Assembly: GCF_964355755.1 (NCBI RefSeq)
Contig: NC_092680.1
Span: 22,143,045 to 22,207,044, forward strand
Source of the DNA: Antedon mediterranea
Taxonomy: Eukaryota; Animalia; Echinodermata
DNA: 64,000 nucleotides
Direction of reading: 5' to 3'
Numbering within the stretch: position 1 is the stretch's first letter; every line of letters starts with the position of its first letter. Below are positions 50,301 to 61,300 of the stretch, in pieces. Below the pieces are notes generated by a model. It made no database searches, was not told the origin of the DNA, and saw nothing but the letters and a program-made list of their open reading frames with translations. A program made the translations under genes and the position numbers.

Positions 50301-53300
50301 GCTGATGCTTCAGTTTCATTAACTGGTGTACATTTAATTGTTATTTTCTTCTAAGGTGGAAGGTGGAAAGTTTCTGTGTATACAAATGACAATCCAGCAG
50401 CTTCTACTGATGCTTCAGTTTCAATAACTGGTGTACATTTAATTGTTATTTTCTTCTAAGGTGGAAGGTGGAAAGTTTCTGTCTATACAAATGACAATCC
50501 AGCATCTTCTACTGATGCTTCAGTTTCATTAACTGGTGTACATTTAATTGTTATTTTCTTCTAAGGTGGAAGGTGGAAAGTTTCTGTCTATACAAATGAC
50601 AATCCAGCATCTTCTACTGATGCTTCAGTTTCATTAACTGGTGTACATTTAATTGTTATTTTCTTCTAAGGTGGAAGGTGGAAAGTTTCTGTCTATACAA
50701 ATGACAATCCAGCAGCTTCTACTGATGCTTCAGTTTCATTAACTGGTGTACATTTAATTGTTATTTTCTTCTAAGGTGGAAGGTGGAAAGTTTCTGTCTA
50801 TACAAATGACAATCCAGCAGCTTCTACTGATGCTTCAGTTTCATTAACTGTTTATGGTAATAAAGGCAAAACAGATGATTTTAATTTAATACCAGATGAA
50901 GGAAAATTTGAATCTGCAAGTGTTGAGGAGTTTAATGTAAGTGAGTTTGTTACAAAATATTATTGACTAACATTAGAAATTGGTGATTGTCTACTTCTGA
51001 TGCTAGTTGAGAGATTAACATTACAGTTTGTTTCCACTTTTAATGCTATTTGGTGGACAAGATTGTTGATGGCATCTATATTCTGGTGCTAGTTAAGAGA
51101 TTAACATTACAGTTTGTTTCCACTTTTAATGCTATTTGGTGGACAAGATTGTTGATGGCATCTATTTTCTGATGCTTTTGCCTTTAACACTTGATGATTA
51201 TAATTCATTTAATGTAATTTCATTTGTATCTATAGATTCAAGTTGGGAATATTGGAAATATATACAAAATTAGAATTTGTCAAGATGATAGTACAGAATT
51301 TGCTGGATGGCTTTGTGATCAGGTATGATTATAAATTGTCTGTACCTTGCATTAGAATAGAATAAAATACGACTGTACGTAATCTAATTTAATAACTTGC
51401 TATTTATTTTATGCCTGCAAATTAATTCATAAAATTATGCTTCTAAATGCAAGTTATGTATTAAAATAAATATATTATTATTTCTTTTCCTAGCGAATAG
51501 TAACATCAAGGTTCAATGCACATTATACTAAACTACTCATAATACATACAGAAATGATTGCTAAAAATTATAATTTAATTGTCTCCTTTTTTAAGATTCG
51601 TATGGAAGATGCACAAACAAATGAATTATTGGCGTTTCCATGTCAACGATGGATGTCAAGAGAGGAAGATGATAATGAAGTATGTCGGGAGTTGCCAGTA
51701 ATGAAAGATGGCCATCCCCTGTTTCCTGGTAAAGAAGACGATGCAAAATTGTGAATTTTATCAGTTTAATGTAGATTGGCTTTCTTAATACTAGATTATA
51801 GACTGATTCATAAATAATTGTTATTATAAGAGTAGTTACCAGGCAGTCTTTCTTTCTTGCTAGTTGTGGTATACAAAGTTGATGTTTTCACTGGAAACTA
51901 TTGGAATGCTGGCACAGAAGCAAATGTTTATCTTACAATAATTGGTAACCATGGTGATACAGGACATAGACTACTTTATAAGTCTAAAAATAAAAAGAAA
52001 TTTGAGAAGGGAAAGGTTAGAACATTTTGCAGTTTTTATGATATTTTTTTCATTTATTCAATAATATAGGATGAGAGCAACACACTTTTCTCAAAATGTT
52101 GTCCTCCGCTTATTTTTTAACATTTTATTTTATACAAAAAAATGTTAATAGTTGAAATCTGGACTATTTTTTAAGGAAAAGGATGTTGCAGATGTTTCTC
52201 TCCCAGCTATTGATTAATGTTAACTTTGTTCCTCTCCGTTCCATGTGTGTGTTAACAATTCTAAATTTGGAATCTAAACAAACATTTCTAGCCCTTTTTT
52301 CATAAATTATATGTTCAGATTCTTTTTTTTAACACTAATAATTATATTTTGATAATAATTATATTTTCAGAGTGACACTTTTAATGTCGAGGCTGTTGCC
52401 CTTGGAAACTTGAAGAAGATCATTATTGGCCATGATACTACAGATTCTGGTAAGTTGACAACATTTACAAACATTTCTATATTCATTCATGATACTACAG
52501 ATTCTGGTAAGTTGACAACATTTACAAACATTTCTATATTCATTCATGATACTACAGATTCTGGTAAGTTGACAACATTTACAAACATTTCTATAATCAA
52601 TGTTGTGGACGATCATATTCTGGTATATAACGATGTACATGTGTCATTCAAATATCAGAAATCTAACTAAACTTTCACTAAATTTTCTTCCACACATTTG
52701 TTATTCTTAATGTGTTGTTTGTAAAGCATCCTAAATTACAGCAACAATACTAAATTGTAAACTATACTCAGTAATAAAAGTTATATTGAATCATTTTTCA
52801 TTTCATAATAGATTGAAAACCATTTTTAACTCAAAGGTGATTATTTTACATTTTAGGTTGTGGTTGGTTCCTAGACAAGGTTGTAATAAATGATTCTTTA
52901 CATTCATCTCAAGAAAGTATATTTCCCTGCTTCAGGTAATAACACTGAAAAGCTATGAAACTGAAGTTTATAAATACATTCATGAGGTCGAGTTTGATCT
53001 GACAAGTACAATTAAATCTGTTTTAATTTCTTCAATCTTCTGTCCTACCTGGATGAATGATAACATTCAAGATTTGTCCATATAAATAAAACATACAACT
53101 GTTACATTACACTTTATTTATTTATATTATTATATTTATTTTTATTTTAACTGGTGGCCATGACTTAAAGATTCTTTGCAATCTTATTTTGATGACCTAC
53201 CACACGCTGTATTACTACTTATATACTTATATCTTTCAATTATTTGTCTATACTTTTTCAAACACTAATTAAAAAATGTTTTAAGTTTTCAATACTTTTA

Positions 53301-56300
53301 CTTTAATGTATTCTATTTATAATACAACTTCCTAATTTTGAAAGACATATGTTATTTAATAAAACGTTTTCTTAGCTGGCTTGATGGTGGCATTGGGGAT
53401 GGCAAAGTTGTGCGTGAATTGGTGACTGACAACAAACCTCCAAATAGTAAGTAGTCACTAGCAATGTAATCTGCACCTACTAGAGTGCCTGATCCAGCTG
53501 TTTCAGTTTAAATACTAACTGGGTTAGTTTGTACTAAGCTAGCTTGTTTAGCTGTTTGCATGGTTCCCTTTGCATGCCAATGTTTGCAATGCTGTGTTGG
53601 GATATTTGCATTGTAACCTTTGCAAGGTATTATTTCCATTTTAGGAATTTTTTTGGTGAGAAAGATGTATTTTCTTTTTAAAACTGTATCATATAAAAAA
53701 ATAAAAATTATTACAGTCAGACATTGAATAAGCTATTTTGCAATTTTAAGTGGAAAAAAGGAACAATAATAATGATTTCACTTAGAATAAGAACACAAAA
53801 TAATTATATGGTTAAATCTAACCAAAAATTCATTTATTTGATTAAGTTACTGAAATAATGACATGAATTAAATGACCTACATGAGTTGGAGATCATTTTC
53901 AATCAATAATAATAAGAATTTTGTTTTTTTGAAACAAATACATGTGTTTAAATGTACTATTGTATTGTGGCCTTTATAGGACAATGTTAAATACAAAATA
54001 ATAATTAATGTTTATGAGTTGAATGAAAATTCGGCAGATAAAAACATCATTCCTCCACCCCTGCACCAAATGGTAGAGTTTAGTGTGGTTATTTTGCTAC
54101 ATTATTGCATGTACAACCTCTAACCATTCTCTTTTTGTTGCTCATCTGCTTACAGTGGAAAAAGAAATGGTAAGCATGTTATATGTTATATGTTACATGT
54201 TACATGTTATAATAATACTAATCTGTCTTTATTATTTCAATTGTATTCTATGATTTTGTAAATCTTTTGTTGAACTTGTTTATGTGCTTTGCATGTCTTT
54301 AATTTAGTGCTTTGTAGAGCAATGTAATTTATTAGACTTATTTTATGAAGTCATCTTGTGTGCTTTTTGCTATCATTTCTTTAGTTTAGTTTTAAAGGTG
54401 TGATTGTTCATATATTTTATTTAATTATATTTATTTTGCTATTACCTTTGTCGCTTAAGTTGTTACAAATTGTATCTTAACTTCCTTTGGCATGAAACCA
54501 ATTGTAGCTTAACTTTTTCTGGCTTGATACAGTTACTTCTTTCTCTACGATTGATGTAGCAGTATTGTAAATGTTGATATAAAGGTACACAACGTATATT
54601 AGTTCTAAAAAGAACCTTTTGAGAAGAACTGTATCAACATTTGATTTTGCCATGCAAACTTTCAAACAATATACTATTGTGAATATAATGATTTGTTTTG
54701 TGTGAGAAAAAAAAATGAGATCATTTTTGTCATGAACTTTGTTGTGTGCCTGATGTGGTTTGATGCATTCATCCTGAACTTTGTTGTGTGCCTGATGTGG
54801 TTTGATGCATTCATCCTGAACTTTGTTGTGTGCCTGATGTGGTTTGATGCATTCATCCTGAACTTTGTTGTGTGCCTGATGTGGTTTGATGCATTCATCC
54901 TGAACTTTGTTGTGTGCCTGATGTGGTTTGATGCATTCATCCTGAACTTTGTTGTGTGCCTGATGTGGTTTGATGCATTCATCCTGAACTTTGTTGTGTG
55001 CCTGATGTGGTTTGTGTCGTGTATTAAGACATGGGTGATTGGTCTACGCGCATTGATATTATTGGTAGAATAGTATAATAGGCTGTTGTTAATAAATGCC
55101 TCGTTCACTTGGAATCCACACCTGACTGAGTCGTGTCTATTGTACCCGTGTACTGTTGTAGTGTCTTTAGCGTGTACGAAACATAACATTTGGCGACGAG
55201 GATGGCCGTTAAAGACCACTATATGCCGATGTTTGAGCAGTATAATGAAGCCGAGAATTTTGAATCCCATCCTCGTCGCCAAATGCATTCATCCTGAACT
55301 TTGTTGTGTGCCTGATGTGGTTTGATGCATTCATCCTGAACTTTGTTGTGTGCCTGATGTGGTTTGATGCATTCATCCTGAACTTTGTTGTGTGCCTGAT
55401 GTGGTTTGATGCATTCATCCTGAACTTTGTTGTGTGCCTGATGTGGTTTGATGCATTCATCCTGAACTTTGTTGTGTGCCTGATGTGGTTTGATGCATTC
55501 ATCCTGAACTTTGTTGTGTGCCTGATGTGGTTTGATGCATTCATCCTGAACTTTGTTGTGTGCCTGATGTGGTTTGATGCATTCATCCTGAACTTTGTTA
55601 TGTACCTGATGTGGTTTGATGCATTCATCCTGAACTTTGTTATGTACCTGATGTGGTTTGATGCATTCATCCTGAACTTTGTTGTGTGCCTGATGTGGTT
55701 TGATGCATTCATCCTGAACTTTGTTGTGTGCCTGATGTGGTTTGATGCATTCATCCTGAACTTTGTTATGTGCCTGATGTGGTTTGATGCATTCATCCTG
55801 AACTTTGTTGTGTGCCTGATGTGGTTTGATGCATTCATCCTGAACTTTGTTATGTGCCTGATGTGGTTTGATGCATTCATCCTGAACTTTGTTGTGTGCC
55901 TGATGTGGTTTGATGCATTCATCCTGAACTTTGTTGTGTGCCTGATGTGGTTTGATGCATTCATCCAGAACTTTGTTGTGTGCCTGATGTGGTTTGATGC
56001 ATTCATCCTGAACTTTGTTGTGTGCCTGATGTGGTTTGATGCATTCATCCTGAACTTTGTTGTGTGCCTGATGTGGTTTGATGCATTCATCCTGAACTTT
56101 GTTGTGTGCCTGATGTGGTTTGATGCATTCATCCTGAACTTTGTTGTGTGCCTGATGTGGTTTGATGCATTCATCCTGAACTTTGTTATGTGCCTGATGT
56201 GGTTTGATGCATTCATCCTGAACTTTGTTGTGTGCCTGATGTGGTTTGATGCATTCATCCTGAACTTTGTTGTGTGCCTGATGTGGTTTGATGCATTCAT

Positions 56301-58320
56301 CCTGAACTTTGTTATGTGCCTGATGTGGTTTTATGCATTCATCCTGAACTTTGTTATGTGCCTTATGTGGTTTGATGCATTCATCCTGATGTGCCTGATG
56401 TGGCTTGATGCATTCATCCTGAACTTTGTTATTTGCCTTATGTGGTTTGATGCATTTATCCTGAACTTTGTTGTGTGCCTGATGTGGCTTGATGCATTCA
56501 TTGTTTGTTTCTATATAACAGATGGTTCTCACAAAATGTGTCAGTAAAATAAAAAAAAATAAAAAAAGAAAGTTAAAACTTAGCTACAGGCATGTAGCAA
56601 ATTGTCACCACACACCCCAATTCCCCAGCACAGATCGTCATATTTTGTATCAATAAATATATTTAAAGCATCTTTGCCTCGACTGTTTTTAAGCTTTTTT
56701 ATGGCTCTCTATAAAAATATATATAATATATATATTTGTAGTAAAGATAGAGAATTTACTTAGTAAAACTCTGTCCAATTGATAAGAAATATGTGTAACA
56801 AAAAAAACATAAAAAAATGATGAAACATTGGAGAGAAAGATCGATAATTATTGGAATGATCAATAGAATACTTGCACCTGATCTTTAAATATAAATTGAT
56901 AGTATTCTGGTTTCTAGAGTGGATACAATAGATGAAATTACCATAACATAAGAAAATCCAGTCCTGTTTTTTATCAAATATTTATTTTTTACATGAATAT
57001 AGTGGGAAATGGATAAGTGGAAATTTAAGCGTGGTTCACAGCTTGTATTCTTTAGTAAGGGAACAGGAAAGGCAGTCAAATTAAAAGCTGATGGATCAGT
57101 GGAAGCATCTGGAGACATTAATGACAAAGATGAATCAAGTAAGTTTTTGTGTTTTGGTTTCAGTGATATTTACATTACATCACTGTTGAAAATATTTAAT
57201 TTTGAGATGTATGATAATAAATTTGATAATGTCTATACAAATTTCTAACATTGTACATTGAACAAATAAATGCTATGTAAGTTCATCAAAATGTGAATAA
57301 TGGTATTCATTCACACATGTTGTTACAGTTAACCACATTAAAATAGAGAAGGGAAAGTTCCATGGCTTTCAGTTAAAAGAGACAAGTTGTTACAGTTAAC
57401 CACATTAAAATAGAGAAGGGAAGGTTCCATGATTGTTACAGTTAACCACATTAAAATAGAGAAAGGAAGGTTCCATGGCTTTCAGTTAAAATAGAGAAGG
57501 GAAGGTTTCATGGTTTTCAGTTAAAAGAGACAAGTTCATCAATGCTATGTAAGCAGTGCATTCATTCACACATGTTGTTACAGTTAACCACATTAAAATA
57601 GAGAAGGGAAGGTTCCATGGCTTTCAGTTAAAATAGACAAGTTCATAAAAATGTGAATAATGGTATTCCCCACAAATGGAATATTTCAAGATTTTTTTAC
57701 CGCTTTTGTTAACATTTTTGTAGCTTACTTTGAAGCTGAAAAAGTGCGAAACAATATCTACACTTTCAAAAGTGTTGCTTTTCCAGAGCATTATCTGTGC
57801 ATCGAAACTAACAGGATTAGTGGCCATGTAAGTATTATGACATTATCACTATTAAATTTGAGATACATAATTACTTAAATGGATAAATACTACATAACTG
57901 CCATCATTTTCTTCAGGGTAAAGGAGGAATAAACTGTGAGTTTAAAATACGTATTCAAGAAGACAGGACTGTTATTTTAGAGGCCACTGCAAAAGGATCT
58001 AGTCAAATTGCTACATTTCTTCAATCGGGAAAACCGGGAGACTCTAGAGGGCCTTCTATTGGACCATCAAGAAAATTGCATTGTTATGTCAAGGTAATTA
58101 TTATACAAATAATTAATGTAATATATATATATATATACACTATATACGAGTAAGAGATAACTAGATCGTCTGGTTACAGTGCTCGATACCATTGGTAGAG
58201 CTAGATATGTATCACAAATAAAAATAAAACTTGGTTACTTCATGGTACTTTATTGACTACAAATTTGTTTCGTATGCTAGCAAAGCTAACACACTCGTCA
58301 GGTCAAAAGGTATATATACA

Positions 58321-58362
<42 letters not shown>

Positions 58363-61300
58363 GTTAAGTCTGGAAAAGAAATAAAAACTACAGTTTGGTC
58401 TCTACAGGCTTGTTTCGTGAGTCGTGCAACTCACTCATCAGGAGACTATAATGAGAAAATCAATTACAACGCTGCTTATAAGCACATTTACTTGTAGAAT
58501 TAGCATTTACAGGTGATATGTTTTGGAATGTCAGCTGTTACGTAACAATGCTTTCTTTCTGTGCCGGCAGGCGGACACAAGTTCGTTACGTTTGTTTAAT
58601 GTCGATAATTCAGGGTGGCGGATGATAAATAATTTCTCTTTGAGGCAGAGATTGCATTTTTTGTTTGCGCTACTATATGCTTTAGTAGATGTCAAGATGC
58701 GCCATGAGATTGTATAGTCTGTGTTATTGTCCTTGAGTGTCCAAATATGTTTACTGAGTTCAGTTGAGTTTCTAAAACGTGAATTACGGAATGATGAGGT
58801 GTGATTTCTGTATCGTGTTTTAAAATCATTTTCAGTTAGTCCGATATAAGTTTCCGAGGTGGATTTGTCTTTGCGTGTAACTGTGGCTAATTGGTATATT
58901 ACAGATGATTGTAAGCAATTTCCGCTTAGCGGGCATGTGTTTTTCTGTCGGCAGTTGCATGTTTTGTTTTCTTGCGTATTTTCCACGGATGTTGTTTCGG
59001 GCTGGTTGAGTATTCTCTTGTTGTGGCTGTCTATTATCTGTTTCATATTGTTCATACAACTGTAGCTAATCTTGATAGTGTTTCGGTTGAAGATTTTTCT
59101 TAGTTTGTTATCTTTTGGAAAATGTTTGTCTACTAGGGATAGGAATTTCTGTCCAATGTGTGTTTTGTGCTGACGTTTTTGCTGAACGGTGGGTTGTACC
59201 ACAGAATGTCTTTTCGTTGTCTGTTTTTTACAGATATATATATATATAAATGTTCGGTTCAATGTAACCGTCTAAAAAGTGCTCAATACGGTAAAGTAGA
59301 GCTAAAATATACGTTAAGTCTGGGAAAGAAGTAAAAACTACAGTTTGGTCTCTACAGGCTTGTTTCGTGAGTCGTGCAACTCACTCATCAGGAGACTATA
59401 ATGAGAACAATCAATTACAACGTTGCTTATAAGCACATTTACTTGTAGAATTAGCATTTACAGGTGATATGTTTTGGAATGTCAGCTGTTATGTAACAAT
59501 GCTTTCTTTCTGTGCCGGCAGGCGGACACGAGTTCATTGCGTTTGTTTAATGAAGAGTGCGGCCAGCTACATGCTGGTCGTACGAAACAAATTTGTAGTG
59601 ATTAAAACAATGAAGTAACCAAGTTTTCTGCTGTTATTTTATTTATTTATGCTCTACCTTGGTATTGAGCACTCTATCCTAACGGTCTGATACTTTCAAC
59701 CTGAATATATACAGTATATATATATATATATACAGTATATATATTAAAACGTGATATGTTTTTTGTTCTTAGGGTGCTTTTCGTGAAGATGGAATTGTGT
59801 TATTTTATACATCCAGAACCCAAGTGCTCAGTATTGATAATAATGGTGAATGTATTGCTACTGGAGAAAAAAGTGAAGATGCTTACTGGAGGGTACACAA
59901 AGTGAACGTTGGAGGTGTCCGTATGTTTGAAAGTATCCAGTGGCCAAAACATTTTCTCCAAGTAAAGAATGGATACTGCAATGCGCAGGTTAGCCTTTTT
60001 AAAAAATAAAATTGTTATACTTTTTATCCATCATTATCAACAAAATGCTGTGTATGTCTTTCGCTCATTATCCTCAAAGACTTTCTTGCCATATTAATAC
60101 TAATTAGTCCAAATGTAGGGTTTTCGTTTCATTTTCATTGAAAACTCTCTACATATAACATTATACAAATTTCTAGTTGAAAAACATCATAGTAAAAAGG
60201 TTCAATTATATTTTTTGATGATAATACAGCACATCTTGAAGTACTATAGACTTGCTATCATAACTAAGTTTGGTTTAAATAAACAGGGCAGTGGAGATGA
60301 CTGTTGTCATTTTGTTGTAACAAAATACAAAGACAAAGGATTTGTAACTTTAACATCAATGGATGCTAAAGGTCAGTGTGTGGGGTTTTTGCCAGATGGT
60401 GTTACAAAGCCAACTGTTGATACGGGTGAATCTAATGTACGACTGTATGCAGAAGTTATACAATGTAAGTATTACCCACAGTTACTTACTGTACATGAAT
60501 CTAATGTATGACTGTATGCAGAAGTTATACAATGTAAGTATTATTCAGTTACTTACTGTACTTGAATCTAATGTACGACTGTATGCAGAAGTTATACAAT
60601 GTAAGTATTACTCACAGTTACTTATTGTACATGAATCTAATGTACGACTGTATGCAGAAGTTATACAATGTAAGTATTACCCACAGTTACTTACTGTACT
60701 TGAATCTAATGTACGACTGTATGCAGAAGTTATACAATGTAAGTATTATTCAGTTACTTACTGTACATGAATCTAATGTATGACTGTATGCAGAAGTTAT
60801 ACAATGTAAGTATTATTCAGTTACTTACTGTACTTGAATCTAATGTATGAGTGTATGCAGAAGTTATACAATGTAAGTATTATTCAGTTACTTACTGTAC
60901 TTGAATCTAATGTATGACTGTATGCAGAAGTTATACAATGTAAGTATTATTCAGTTACTTACTGTACTTGAATCTAATGTATGAGTGTATGCAGAAGTTA
61001 TACAATGTAAGTATTATTCAGTTACTTACTGTACTTGAATCTAATGTATGAGTGTATGCAGAAGTTATACAATGTAAGTATTATTCAGTTACTTACTGTA
61101 CTTGAATCTAATGTATGAGTGTATGCAGAAGTTATACAATGTAAGTATTATTCAGTTACTTACTGTACTTAACTGATAAGTAGTGATGCTATCAAATGTA
61201 TACACAAGTAATACTTTTAAAGTGTAGGAGTGTTTATTTCTTATACAATCACACATTTATATATAATTATAGTATTTTATTATTTTCAATTTGTAAGTAA

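Larger units (their letters stand above)
58140..59700 (-). mobile_element. Penelope-like retroelement, 5'-truncated, with pseudo-LTR repeats
   Basis: GIY-YIG ORF. About 240-bp direct repeats at 58358-58601 and 59308-59552. Diverged inverted flanks 58160-58300 vs 59552-59690. (TA)n at the boundaries. Confidence 0.88.

Noticed and set aside
55209-56547. Long ORFs (363-437 aa) on both strands
   Set aside because: Products of a stop-free 42-bp intronic minisatellite read in several frames. No splice context or codon-level divergence.
60465-60481. 15-17-nt GT..AG segments within the 67-69-bp array as tiny introns
   Set aside because: Far below the plausible intron length for a genome whose other introns here are about 80 nt or longer.
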